Below the pieces are notes generated by a model. The model was not told the origin of the DNA. It was given only the letters and a program-made list of their open reading frames with translations, and searched no databases. Shown here in pieces: positions 25,369-38,384 of a stretch of DNA of 64,000 nt; the first letter of the stretch is position 1, and each line of letters starts with the position of its first letter. A program made the position numbers and the translations under genes. Source of the DNA: Camelus ferus (taxonomy: Eukaryota); contig NC_045696.1 in the NCBI RefSeq assembly GCF_009834535.1, forward strand, positions 48,920,001-48,984,000, in the 5' to 3' direction.

Positions 25369-25836
25369 TGTTATGTATTGAACTGTCTTCCTAACTCCAA
25401 ATCCACATATTTAAGTCCTAACCCTCAGCACCTCAGAATGTGACCTTATTTGGAAATAGGGTCACTGCAGATATAATTAGTTCAGATGAGATCATTAAGG
25501 TGGGTCTTAATCCTATATAACTCGGTTCCTTATGAAAAGGGGAAATTTGCCATAGGGATGTGCACACAGAGAGAACACATGTGAAGGTGAAGGCAGAGAT
25601 TGAAGATGAGGCACAGAAATGCTTGCACAAACCAAGAAGCACCAAAAGTTGCCAACAAACAACCAGTAGCTAAGCAGGAAACATGGAACAGGTTCTCTTT
25701 CACAACCATAAGAAGTCACCAATTCTCCTGACATCCAGACATTGGGACTTCTAGCCTCTAGAACGATGAAACCATACATTCCCGTTAAGTCATCTGGTTT
25801 GTGGTACTTTGTTGTGGATCCCTAGCAAATTATGTG
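25369..25836 (+). mobile_element. MLT1B-like MaLR solo LTR
   Basis: cctcagaatgtgaccttatttggaaataggg...gacttctagcctctagaac...gtggtactttgtt...ccctagcaaa; homologous to 62485-62953. Confidence 0.9.
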
Positions 25837-26309
25837 AGGGGAAACACAGCGAGCCCCACATCTTCCACTCACCACATGAGTGTCCTTGCCTTTCCCCCAC
25901 TTCCCCAACATCCACCCTGGGAAGAGAGTCATAGGACTTCCAAATTCTGAGCCTTGATCAGTACATCAGTCCTTCTCTTTCAATATTTTATTTAAAAACT
26001 TGGCCATTAACTGAAATCCTTTTTAAACACTCTGACTTTTGCATCTTCCAGGTTATGTATTTTTGTGGTATAAAACTCTACTAAGATCAATTATCCCCTT
26101 AGACCTGTGTTCTTAGTATCAGCATTTTAATCTCCCAATTTAAGAATTTTTATAAGCCATAACAAAAATTTAAGACATTATTTTATAGTAACATGTCTAT
26201 CTAGAAATATCCATATACACTTCTAAAGATAAACATCCAGATATTTAAAAAGAATGTACCATGATTTCCTGAGGCAGTTCCAAAAGAAGAAAATAAACAT
26301 TCAGTGGAC

Positions 26310-26730
26310 ATTATTTAATACTTATAACAAGTACTTCTTAAGGCAGATTTACACGTATTACTTCATTTAATCCTCACAGCAAACTATAAAGTGGTTTCCA
26401 TCATTATCCTGAAGAAAGTGAGGCACAGATATCAAGGAATTTACTCATGGTTATTATGCTAGTTAGTGTTATAGTCAGGATGAAAAGAAAGAAATATTTA
26501 CTGAGTACCTACTGCATACATACATAACACTGTGTCATCTGGTTGTCTCCTTTAATTTTTCTTAATTTTTGTAACTTTGACTAAAACTAGTGTGTGTAAA
26601 GCATTACTTATATCTTTTTTCTACATCATACAAGTAAGGCTTGGAGAGTTTATCCAATATATTTTGTTCACATTGCCAGTAATTTGGGGGACAATATTTG
26701 AACCAATTGGCAATGTCTTTTGGGTAAGTG
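26310..26730 (-). mobile_element. Two adjacent MIR fragments
   Basis: cttcatttaatcctcacagcaa...gaaagtgaggcacaga; tttactgagtacctac...atttgaaccaa. Confidence 0.6.
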
Positions 26731-27451
26731 TTTCCCCCCTGCCCAACTTAATTATATTGATCAGTCTCATTACATCTTCATATATCTTTCATTTTTCTTA
26801 ATCTACCCACTGGTGTTACTTACCTACTCCTGTAAGCATAGTCCTATCTAGTACTTTAGAAAAATGTGATCTCCACAAAGGTCTAATACAAAACTAGGTT
26901 CAACCATGGTCAAATAGCTCCTCTTCAAAGCTGACTCACTGCTTTTCTTCTCTGGGCTTTTATCCTGGTTCTAGGCACCAAGATAATTTTTTAATTATTT
27001 CTTATAACTAAATCCCTATTTGAATCAGGTATTGACTAATTAGGCCCTTGACTTGATTTCTTCACTCTAGTGTGTTCCTTACTGGCATGAAATTTCTTGT
27101 AAATATCAGTATTTACTATAAGTTTTTGTTGGTGATGGTGAACTTTCAATCATTAGGAGCACAAACAAAGGTTTCTGAAATTCCTTGGGAGTCTTCTGTT
27201 AATTGCACTATGAAGGAGATACAGTGCACATTCTGTCTGTCCTCTTCTGCATGGATGGAATGACAAAAATCCCTACCATTGAAGAAACCTGGTCCCAGAA
27301 AGAAGCATCATAATAGACTCAGACACCAGAGTAAGAAGAAGGGGCCAAGGGCCTAATTACTCTCTATAGGACACAAAGTGGGGACTAGAAGCACCATACC
27401 AGTTCTTTACATTGCCAACAGTTTTAAAATATAGGGTAGTGATAGAAAACT

Positions 27452-27982
27452 TTAGTTATAGCAAGGCCAGCAGATCAGGAAGTGATTACCATTGAAAAGA
27501 TAGTTTACTGCTCACAATTCCCAAGAGGAAGGGGTGCACAATACCATTCAGGGCCACATGGGGAAGCACCAGGGCTGGTCAGGAGGCAGAGGGAGAGAGA
27601 GAGAACCACGGGCAAGAGCCTTTACTGTGGATCATAACCACACTGCAGTTTCAATGGGAAAAAAATGGTAACACAGAGTAACCAGGCTTAGGATTGGGCA
27701 ATTTGAATAATTTCAGTGGGTTCTGAAGCATAGAGGCTGCCCCAAGCTATCTGGTACCTGGGAGATTAAGGCAGATGGATAGTGACCCAGGGTGTGAAAA
27801 TTCAATAAAGGAGGTGGTAGGGGTGTGGACTCTGGATTGGTTAGCTTTTATTTGAAAAGTACACTCATGGGTGAATTGTTTACTATTTTTAGCTATTGGC
27901 TAACCCTGGGAAGAGGTGTTCCTCCCAGGACCCAGATATCAGAGCATCAGGATAAAGAAAATAAAAGATATGATTAATACAC
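27452..27982 (-). mobile_element. ERVL-class solo LTR (MER74/MER76-like, subfamily uncertain)
   Basis: ggccagcagatcagga...cattgaaaagatagttt...cagggccacatggggaagcaccaggg...ggcaagagccttta...tttgaataatttcag. Confidence 0.7.
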
Positions 27983-29139
27983 CAACTAGACAACCACTGA
28001 GCTGTTGAATGGTGGGCTTTTTAATTTTTTTTAACTTTTTAAAATTAATTTTTATTCAAATTTTTGATCTTTATTAATTATAATTTTTACATGTATTTTT
28101 ATTTTGCTATTTTCTAATATTTTTTAAGAAAAAATGACTTTTTATGAACAAAGAAGCTTTTAGGAATTACTAGGTAGACATATATATTACTTTAAGAAAC
28201 ACTGAAAATGATGCATAATTATTTATTTAAAATTTTATCATATACAGCATCACTTGCAATGTTTGAACATGATAGGCAAATATGCAAATTGTGTGGTCGA
28301 TTTTTTAGGATATATGAAATTCTTGGTTACTATGTTGTGTAATAATTGCCTTGAAGAGGAAGCATTTGGTGAAAATGCTTGAGGGTTGAATTGCATTAAC
28401 TGAGACTTTCTGAGATCAGTTTGCGGGCAATGGAAAGAAGAATGGTCATGATCCTGGCTAGTGGGCTAGTGTGCAGAATCTGGCCCCACCCTAGCCCACT
28501 CCAGCCCCTAACCCCAGCTCTCTTCCCTGCTGTCAGGGAAGTCCTCCTGACAACTCTGCTGTCCCCATGGGTGCTCTCAGAGGGAGCCAGGATGTGCAAA
28601 TGCAAAGGGAGGTTAAAGCTCCACATGTCTGAGGAAGAAGAGGTCCTGTTCTGTGGTCCGTGTGGGCACTGTAGTTTGATTAAGTACACCTCTTCAGGCC
28701 CCACAAGCCCCCACATTACTGCGTACAATTTTCTATTTTAGGAACCCAGAGCAGACTCACCAAGGAACCAAATGGCAGAAGCTAGCTGCCAGTCAGTGCT
28801 CCCTAACATGCTCCTTTCTTATGTCCTGTAAGAGGGTTTACGTCCATTGCCTTCAGCTGTACTTCTCGGTCCTCTGTCTTTCCCTGACTGGAGCTAATCC
28901 AAATCTCCCCTAAATCTAACATTGTGCTCACCTAGAGTAAAATTTTAGGGATATTTATGAAAATTAAAAAAAAAAACCATAACCAGTCTCAAGTTTCCAG
29001 AAGGGGCTACACTTCTCACATTCTCCCGAAGCCTGGAGAATATTATGTACTATTCAGAACCACAGATTACACTTCAAAGGAATAGATTCCAAATTACAGA
29101 AAACAGCAAATATACATAAATATCAATGAGTTTCATACT

Positions 29140-29310
29140 TAGGAGTCAGATACTTGGGTTCAAGTTCTAATATACAAGAGATTAGAGGACAAATCAATTA
29201 CTTATTCTTGCTCTCTCTTCCTCTTCTGTAAAGTGGGGGGAAATAATCACCTCCCTATTGTGATAACCAAATAAGATAAAGTGTAGTTAATTACTGCCTA
29301 TACTGTAAAG
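29140..29310 (+). mobile_element. MIR
   Basis: ggagtcagatacttgggttcaagttct...ttcctcttctgtaaagtgggg. Confidence 0.75.
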
Positions 29311-30196
29311 AGCTGGAGAGAAGATGCCCCCATGGCAACCACTCCAAGGTTCTGCTTTGCCCAAAGTTATTCTGTGGCCAAAATCTTAAAGAGGAAAAGA
29401 TCTGGATGTTTGTTTTCAATAGAACTGAACAAGTTAGGGTACAAGGCCAACATTCACAAGCAATCTTGGGTAGAGACAACCCTGAAGAAACTGATTGAGC
29501 AGTGGGAGTTTTAATAAGAACGGGGAAGGAAGTTGTATCTCTAAGGCAGCTGGGAAACAAGGGAGAAGGACAGAGAACTGGTCTAGGTTGTAAAGACACG
29601 ATCAAGAGCTGGGCCCTGTATTTCCCTAGCAATGCCACACAGGTAAGGTGCAGTGTTTATATTAAAATGCTTGCAACGAGGAGTTGCATTGACACTAAAG
29701 ATTTTGCTTTTTGTTCACCTCATCTGCCCAGAAAATCTTTCAGAGTGCTATGCTAAGCGTTGTTTTTCCTTATGAGTTAAAATAAGTAATTCTCTTATAA
29801 ATATTTAAAAGAAATCAGCATTGTATGCCTTAATATAGCAGTACACATATAAAAGGAAGTTTCTACAATCACAAATATAGAAAAATACGTTTAAATGTGC
29901 TCCAAGTCCTCCAGGAACTACCTAAATTCTATGATAGCTTTAAATACATTCTATCAATTTCTGGGACAAGAATCTCATTACAGAAATGCAAACTGTGTTC
30001 TTTAAAATGAGACATCACTCAACCAAAGAAATGAGTTACTACTTCAAAAAAGCAGATCACTGAAATGAAAAGCTAATACACACACACACACACACAAAAA
30101 AATCTGCATACACTTGTTATTAATTATATGTCCATATAAACACACATAGATATCGATTAGATATAGATATTACATAAATATCTAAAAACTAAAGTA

Positions 30197-30359
30197 CAGT
30201 TGACCCTTCATCAAATAGGTTTGAACTGCAGGGGTCTACTTATACAAGGATCCTTTTCAATAGTAAATACTACAGGACTACACTGATGAACCCATGGGTA
30301 CAGAGGGCCAAATATAAATTATATATGGATTAACCCCACTGTTGTTCAATAGTCAATTC
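30197..30359. mobile_element. Tigger2/MER8-like Tc1-mariner MITE
   Basis: TA|cagttgaccctt...tttgaactgcaggggtctacttatac...gttgttcaatagtcaattc|TA: inverted termini and TA duplication. Confidence 0.85.
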
Positions 30360-31072
30360 TATGCACATTTCTTTTTTTTAAATTCCATATTACTTTAATG
30401 CAATTTTAAGAAAAAATGTTCCCTTTAAAGAAGCACTGGGAGAGGTATTAGAACAATCTGCCTGAGAAAAAGCTGCAGTAACTATTCTTAAGACAATTTA
30501 CAGGCCCATATTTTTTGATTCACTGAACATACAGTCTTGTTAATATGGTGAGAAATTAGACAAATCTATGTTCCCTTAAAGCAGATGATTGTCTGAAACT
30601 AATTACTAAGTCAAGTGTTTATGTAATTGTTGTAAACATTTCTTATAAGTTAGTCATTTTTCCACACTATAAAACCATTTGGGACTTAAAGTTTCATGTT
30701 TCTATCCTCTGATTGGCAAGTTATTTACCAAAATAAAACCTCCAAATCACTATACACTATAATTAAATGCCTGCATATGCTCTGAAGATAAAGCAATGAT
30801 TACAAATTATTCAAAAGCATTGTTTCAGGAATAAGTCCGACAAATAGACTGAGTTGGACGCACAGGTGTTTCAGGTAGAACTATGCCTCTCTTCCTACCC
30901 TATAATAACAGCTGTAATGAGTGCAGCTAGTGTTAAACACTTTCTGTTCTGGAAAAGGCCAACAGTAAGAGCTGATAGCTCCTAGAAATGTAAAAATTTT
31001 CAGGAATTTTGCTGTTCTATTATTACCTATAATTGTCTTGTCTTCTCTTCTCTTCCTCTTTATCTTCATCAG

Positions 31073-31142
31073 AACAAGAGATCAAACAGGTTGCAGTGAC
31101 TAGAAAATATAGGCACCTGCCAACCAGGAATTCTTGAAGCTG
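31073..31142 (+). other. Candidate 70-nt non-coding exon
   Basis: Acceptor with a ~38-nt pyrimidine tract (ttgtcttgtcttctcttctcttcctctttatcttcatcag|A) and donor CTG|gtgagt; stop codons in all three frames. Confidence 0.4.
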
Positions 31143-31452
31143 GTGAGTAAATACTCAGTATTAACGTCATTAAAGCTTTCATTCACTTATTCATCCATCT
31201 ATGCATTCAGTCACCAAATATTTATTGAATAACTATTATAAGTGCAAAATTATTGAGCCCAAGAAAGATGTCCAGTTTTTCACGTCCATCAAATTACACT
31301 CTAATAAGCACATAAATGAGAAATACTACCCAATCACTGAAGAATTAAATTGATATTTAATTTTTTAAGAATTAAATATTTTAGTGTTTTCCATAAGATT
31401 TACTAGTACAGGAAAAATGATACCAAAAGCTTAAACTACTACTTTAATACTT

Positions 31453-31604
31453 TTTAAAAATTTTTTTAAAATTTTGCTTTGGGTGGGAGGCAATTAGGTT
31501 TATTTTTGTTTGTTTATTTATTTAACAGAGGTACTGGGGATCAAATGAACCCAGGACCTTGTGCATGCTAAGCACACACTCTACCACTGAACTATACCTT
31601 CCCT
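31453..31604 (-). mobile_element. tRNA-derived camelid SINE (Vic-1 type)
   Basis: gaggtactgggga...gaacccaggaccttgtgcatgctaagcacacactctaccactgaactatacc; TSD ctactttaatactt (31439-31452) / ctactttaatagtt (31605-31618). Confidence 0.92.
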
Positions 31605-32499
31605 CTACTTTAATAGTTAATTATTCTTCTTGCTGTACAATTGTATGACTTGTGGGTGTAGAAAATGAAGCACTTAGGTCGGTGACAGTAATGATGTGGG
31701 TCAGGATAAATAATGAGTCTACTTTGCCCGACGGAAGTTAAATGAGCAATCGTTGTTAGGCCAGCTCTGCCTTCCACGCCATCCCCATCCCTCAAATGGC
31801 TAATATGAAAGATATTTTTATATTAAGTAGAAAGGGCACCCTCTGTCCCTCTTCTGGTAACCTGGTTTTCTATCTTTAGAGAATATATTTCACAAGTAAC
31901 ATTTACACCTTTCAATATAAGTAAAAAAAAAAAAACTATTTACCAAAGCAATCATTCTAGAAATTTGAAGTCATCCTGGAAGGGATTTTGTGTATCAATT
32001 TTTCATTATCCAATAGGGAAAAAGAGCTAAAGAAAGTGTGAACAATTTATAAGTCTATCTCTGAATTATTGAGTATGTATTTTAACTGCCAGATTTTAAA
32101 ATCAGTGCTAAGTCAACTTAACACATATAATATTATATAACTTCTTTGATAAAAATTTAAAATTCTGAGCCAAAATTTTCTCTTTAGTTTGCTGATGTGG
32201 TGTACCTTAATACAGACTTGATCTCCTACTCCTGAAAATGCTTTTAGAAAGATGAAAGAGATTGGTTTCTATAAATTGGGCTCTGTATTCATAAAAGTAA
32301 TATTCCCTACCTTTCTTATTCAGATGCTATATAAATATTGAAAGATAAAAGAATCAGAGGTGGAGTAGGGAATATTGAGTTGGGAATATATAAAGAACAA
32401 TGATTATTTGGGGCACGACAGGATGGGAGGATGCAGGGAGAGGAGAAAGTACATTAGCCTGCAAATTTAATTTCCATTTGCAAGAAGGAGAAAAACAGA

Positions 32500-32700
32500 T
32501 CACTATGGAGTTTCCATCATATGTCAGGCCCTACAGTAATCTTATTTAATGTTCACTGTAACTGTACGAGAGAGAGTATTTTTTTACCCTTTTTACAAAT
32601 GAGAGAACTAAGCTTAAATAAAATATCCAAGATCCCATAGTGATCAACCTGGAAATGGAATCCACATCTGTGATTCCAGACTCTGCTTCCATTCCCTTCT
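32500..32700 (-). mobile_element. MIR
   Basis: tatgtcaggccc...cttatttaatgttcac...tttacaaatgagagaactaagc. Confidence 0.65.
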
Positions 32701-33719
32701 GCATAGGAGAAGAGGGATCTGATAAGAACAGATTATTGCAGAAAACAGGAGCTATGTATGCTAGGACCAGGAGATCCCAAACAAACTACAAAAATATAAT
32801 TTATTCTCCAATGACTTGCTGATGCTTTAGTCAAAATACTGGATTATTCTATTATTTTTGCACTGATTTTTATGTTCTAGCACAGGAACTTTCTCAATCA
32901 ATGTAACCAGTGTTAAACCACCAAGAGTTAAGAATTCTTGTTCTAGTTTGGGTTATAGTGCTGAAACTTTCCTAACACAATTCAAATAGCTCCTTGCTCT
33001 AACTATAAAATGCTTTCCACAGCATGAGAGCATTCTGAGATATTAATGAGTGTATGCATGTGGTGTCCCTTGAGTTCCTTTAAAAAAGGGGCTAAGTACA
33101 AAAGTGATGTTATTCTCTTTGGTTCCCTTTCATTTGATGTCTTGCCTACGCTGACGGTGGTGTGTTGATTCTGTTAGCCTCCAGAAAAATGAAGCCACTC
33201 TTCAATGCCTACCTGAAAACAGAGGTCAGTTAATGATTTAAGTTTTACCTCCTGACTTCCAGGAAGAAAGAAAGGTGCTTTGATTTCATTTCCATGGGTT
33301 TAATGTGTATGCATTGTCAGGTTAACTGAATAAGAATTGAGAAACTAGGGGTAAGTGCAGGTGATGTGAGCATTAGAGAGAATGTCCTGAAAAAATCTGA
33401 GAGCTACCTTGCAAGAATCCAGGAAGAAGGGAAAGTAGCTGTTAATGGAGCCAGCAATATTCCAAGTGAATATATTTAACTTTATAAAACTTGAAGTTGT
33501 CATCAATGTGGTGACCCAGAAGACAAACTCAGATGAAAAAAAAAATGTCTTTTTGACAGGAGAATGGGCTGTTTGTAAATGGATTTTAAGTGCACTAGAT
33601 TTGTTTGTTTCTGTTATAGTAATACTTACAAAGCTAATCACGTAATTTATAATTAACAGAAGATACATCCTCTGAATCAAGAAAAGAATTTTAACTCAGT
33701 ATGTAGAGTTGTTGATTCA

Positions 33720-35095
33720 GTTTTATCAACTCCTCTCAGCTTCCTTTTATCCTGGTCTCCCTTCTGCTTTCTCACCAGGATCCTCAGCCTCTCTTTTTCT
33801 ACTGTTTTCTCTCCGTCAACATTTAAACATGATCAATGAGTCATTTATCTAAAACAAATGAACAAAGCCCCTTTAATCCCACAACCTCCTCTATTGATTG
33901 TCCAATCTAATCTTTCATAAGCATCTTCTCTTGAAAACATTTTCTTTATGTTTTATACATAGTAAATAATGGTATTTCTCTCATCAAATAATGTTGATTC
34001 TGCCATTCCTTGATGCATTCTTCTATTATAATCCTTATCACATTTTATCGTGATTATTTCCATCTACAAGATGTATTAAGATTGTTCTCACCCATAGGTG
34101 ATTGGTAGAACTATAGTCCTAGCCTGTCCTCTTGTATAGCTACAATCCAATCCAGTATATATCCAACTACCCATTGGACATCTTCGCCTAGGTGTCTCAT
34201 AGCACTCCACACTCAGCTTGTCCAAAACTGACTCATCATCCCTTCACCTCCAAACCTACTTTTTTTCTCAAGCCTTCCCTATCTCAGTGAAAGACAGCTC
34301 CATCTGCTTTATTTTCCAAGCTGGAAATCTAGCAGCCATCCTTTATTTCTCCCCATGTGTCACCTCCAGTATTCAATTAACCACTACATATTGCCAATTT
34401 ATCTCCTAAATACTTCTTGGGATACCCATGTCCCCCCATCTCACTGTCTCTGTTCTAGGCCATACCACCACTGTCATCCTGAATTACTGGAACTACCTCC
34501 TAACCCTCTCATCTGCTCTACAGTTTGCTTTAGAATCACCTTGCTAAACATTAATATGGTCCCTTTACTCCCCTGCCAAAATCTTTGCCCATTGCCCTTA
34601 TAATAAATGATCAATTCTTTAACATGGCTTGCAAGTCCCCACCTACATCGCCAGTCTCATTCCTTATTTCCCCCTCCTAGACCAGCCTATTCTGGTGTGA
34701 CACAGAGATTTTTATTTCTCATTCTTTGACCTGCCACACTCTCATAGTGAGACCTTCATGTACGTATTTCCCTCTCTCTGGAATCCTTCTCCCATTCTGT
34801 TCCCCTCCAACCTGAGACATCGTTAACATCCTTCAGATTTCTGCTTCTTTATGGAAGCCTCCCCTTGTTCATAGACAAATTTAGGTTCTACTCCATATGG
34901 TCCCATAAACCCTTTATTTCTTCTAAGTTATTACTCATCGACTTTAATTCTTGTATAGTTGTCTAACTTTTCCAATAGAGTTCATAATTTTTAAGAAAAG
35001 AAAGCATGTTTCTTCTTGATGTTACTCCATCCCCAGCTTCTGGTACAGTGCCTTACAAGTAGTAGGTGCTTAATAAAATTTGTATACAAATAACT
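33720..35095 (+). mobile_element. L2 fragment(s) including the 3' end
   Basis: atatccaactacccattggacatctt...ctcagcttgtccaaaactgactcatc...tggtacagtgccttac...gtaggtgcttaataaaatttg. Confidence 0.8.
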
Positions 35096-35274
35096 ACATC
35101 CAAAATTAAAAATAGTATTATTTAAGTATACACATTCTTCATAGTTAATTGTATCCTCTCCTTACATTAGAGAACACAGATTCAGATCTCTCTGAATAGC
35201 ATGACCATGTAATTGCTCATCTACACCAGGGCATTTTTGACAGCAAAGGGGATAATAATAATGACTTATAGGTC

Positions 35275-35600
35275 AACAGGGATAAACTTCCTTCCTTTAA
35301 GAGCAAAGCAGATAACATAAGTAAATAAAGCACCTCTGTTTTTTTTAGGGGTGGGAATTGGAGGATGTCCTATTAACCTCGAGATGGCAGTAATTATGCA
35401 GCTCTGGACAATTGTTGCCATGTTGGAATTCAGACTTAGTCCCCACAGTTCTTCTGATTTATCAAGAAAAACGGTAAATTTCGATTTTATTTGAAATATC
35501 CTAATGTTTAAATATTGGTAACTCATTAAAAAAATTTTTTTAAAACAAAACACTTCTAAGGATGAACAGGAGTTAAAATAGAAGTATGTGATCACCTATA
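35275..35600. mobile_element. Old hAT-Charlie MITE (MER102-like, uncertain)
   Basis: agttcttctgatttatcaagaaaaacggtaaatttcgattttatttgaaatatcctaatgtttaaatattggtaact. Confidence 0.5.
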
Positions 35601-36779
35601 TAACCCAGACACACAGACATCAGTGTCAGCCACTGCGTGGGAGCAGGCACTCCAGGCATTACACCTTTAGCCGCTGAGTCATAAGGAGGTTCAGAAAGTC
35701 CCAAGAACGGGGCCCAGGCAGCCAGGATATTGGGAGGACTCTCAGGAGACTTAAAAGCATCTCAATATTTTAAATCCTGTAGAGCCACAGCTAAATATCA
35801 GTCCTGGTATAGAAATAAGGAATATTTCATGAGAACCTCTACAGTGTCTTTGTTAAAATCCGAATAGCTGAGTTACTTCCACAATAGGATATTGACTTTT
35901 AATTCCTACTCATTCATCACAATTACCCTCTAAATGCTGCCTGTGTTTGATTTGCCCCTATATTAGGTGTTAAAGTTTAGAATTTCATGTACACTACCTC
36001 TACTACAGAGTTTTACTAGTCAAATGCAAAACAAGTACCATTAGCTGCCAATGCTTAAATCATCAGTTTGGTAAATATAAGTTGGGTTGGAAAGATTGAG
36101 CACAGCTTCCACAACTCCTCACCCACAATTTGCCCATGAACACTACCTGTCTAACACTCCTAGTTCAGTCTGAAAGCTCTTGCTGAGTCTGTTAATACTG
36201 CATATGAAATGGTTTCACGACCAAGGACTGGATGAGTAATTCACCAAACAGCTTATGTTATTTATATTCTCCAAATGTATATAAAACAAACTTACAAAAG
36301 TGATTATGCTAAGGATATAATTAAAGAGTGAGCCACAAAGAACCTTTGACATCATCTAGCCCAGCCTCTTCATTTTACAGCTGAGGAAACTTCACCTGGG
36401 CGAGGCTGAGCAATTTACTGAAGTCATGCAATCAGCCAGATGTGGTGTTTAAGTTCTCTGAGTGTCAACAAAGAGTTTGCAGGTGATAGAAGTTTCAGCA
36501 TATGGATGGGGATGGAGGCTAAAGAATTTAGGGGAGGAGTTTGTGAACCAGAAGCAGTTACTTGCTGGTTACCAAAGATAGACTTTTTAAAGAGACAGAG
36601 CAAACTGCCAGTGACCTAACCACAAAGCAGAGGCACACTTCCTGTTGGGGCACTAAGGCCTTCACAGTCAGCTGAGGAACAAAGTGGGGTCCACCAGGAA
36701 ATGCCTCAGACCACAGATCCACTGGGTAGTGCAGATTTTTCAGTCTCAATTTTGTTATTTTATTTCTATCTCCAAACTT

Positions 36780-37400
36780 CATACTCTAGTCCCTCATTTC
36801 CCCACATAGCCTCATTTCCATTCAGGTTAGACCTCTCCCTTGCCTTTTGTTTCCTCCTTCATGTTGTTTACCTTGTTCCTTACCACCATGCCCTGGTATT
36901 CCAAAGAAATATTCTAGTTCCCTTAAATTTTTCCATGGAATCTTCCATTTATCTCCTCATCCCTACTGAAACCTGGATTTCCTGTAGCAACACCACTTCC
37001 CTCAAGAATTTTCCAAGTGAGCACTTCTCATTCTCCTTCTTGCTTCCTATTTCCTGGCTCTCTGAGTCATCCAAAGCCCAGGTCACTCTTGACTTATCCT
37101 GGGCTCCTTTCTTCTCTGTCACCAAAATTCTGTTTTAAAAATAACTTAGGCCATCTCTTCCTCCTCCTCATCTCTAGAGCCATTGCCTTAGTTCATGCAC
37201 TTAGAGTTTCTAACTCAAAACATTGTAATTAACTCATGAATGACCCCTCCACCTCCCTCTCCTTCCTATTCAGCCAATTCCCATATGGCCACCAGAGTTT
37301 TCCACCCCAAGTATAAAGCCGATAAAATCACTTCAGCACATATGTCCTGTCACTTACAAGGTAAAGTGAAAATGGCTTAGCAGTAAAAAACTTACATGCT
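36780..37400 (+). mobile_element. L2 fragments including an endonuclease-region relic
   Basis: ctcatccctactgaaacctggattt (LIPTETWI in ORF 36701..37138); later gccattgccttagttc and ataaaatcacttc L2 motifs. Confidence 0.6.
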
Positions 37401-37436
37401 TTGACTTAGTGAATTAAATTAGAGGAGCTTGTTCTT

Positions 37437-38187
37437 TTTTTTTTAAATTGAAGTATAGTCAGTTTACAACGTTGTGTCAATATCTGGTGTACAGCAAATT
37501 GCTTCAGTTATACATGAATACACATATATTTATTTTCATATTCTTTTCACCATAAGCTACTACAAGATATCAAATATAGTTCCCTGTGCTATACAGTATA
37601 ACCTTATTTATCTATTTTATGTATACCAGTCAGTATCTGCAACTCTTGAATTCCTAATTTATCACTTCCCATGCCCTTCCACGCTGGTAACCATAAGTTT
37701 GTTTTCTATGTCTGTGAGTCTGTTTCTGTTTTATATATAAGTTCATTTGTCTTTTTTTTTTTTTAGATTCCACATATGAATGATACCATATGGTATTTTT
37801 CTTTCTCCTTCTGGCTTACTTCACTTAGAATAACATTCTCCAGGGACATCCATGCTGCTGAAAATGGCATTGTTTTATTCTTTCCTATGGCTGAGTAGTA
37901 TTCCATTGTATAAATATACCACAACTTCTTTATCCAGTCATCTGTCAATGGACATTTCGGTTGTTTCCATGTCTTGGCTATTGTAAATAGTGCTACTATG
38001 AACATTGGGGTGCATGTGTCTTTTTGAATTAAGGCCCCCTCTGGATATATGCCCAGGAGTGGGATTGTTGGATCATATGGTAAGTCTTTTTTTAGTTTTT
38101 TGAGGAATCTCCATACTTTTTTCCATAATGGCTGCACCAAACTACATTCCCACTGACAGTGTAGGAGGGGTCCTTTTTCTCCACACC
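37437..38187 (-). mobile_element. Young 5'-truncated L1 (ORF2 C-terminus, 3' UTR, polyA)
   Basis: ORF 37763..38218 contains [22 protein letters not shown]...[13 protein letters not shown]...ALFTIAKTWKQPKCP (L1 ORF2p Cys-rich end); TSD tagaggagcttgttctt (37420-37436) / tagaggagcttattttt (38188-38204) with a TTTT/AA endonuclease site. Confidence 0.97.
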
Positions 38188-38384
38188 TAGAGGAGCTTAT
38201 TTTTAAGTCATCAGACATATAGAGAAATATTTATTTTCAGTAATGTTCTCTGTAGTGTTTTTAGAAGAACTTTGGTGAAATGAAAAAGATCTGAATGTTC
38301 TCAACTAGAAAAGCAGTTCTAAATGTTAAGATATTTATAAAGTGCATTATAATGTAATTAAAAAAATTATATTTATAAAAATTA

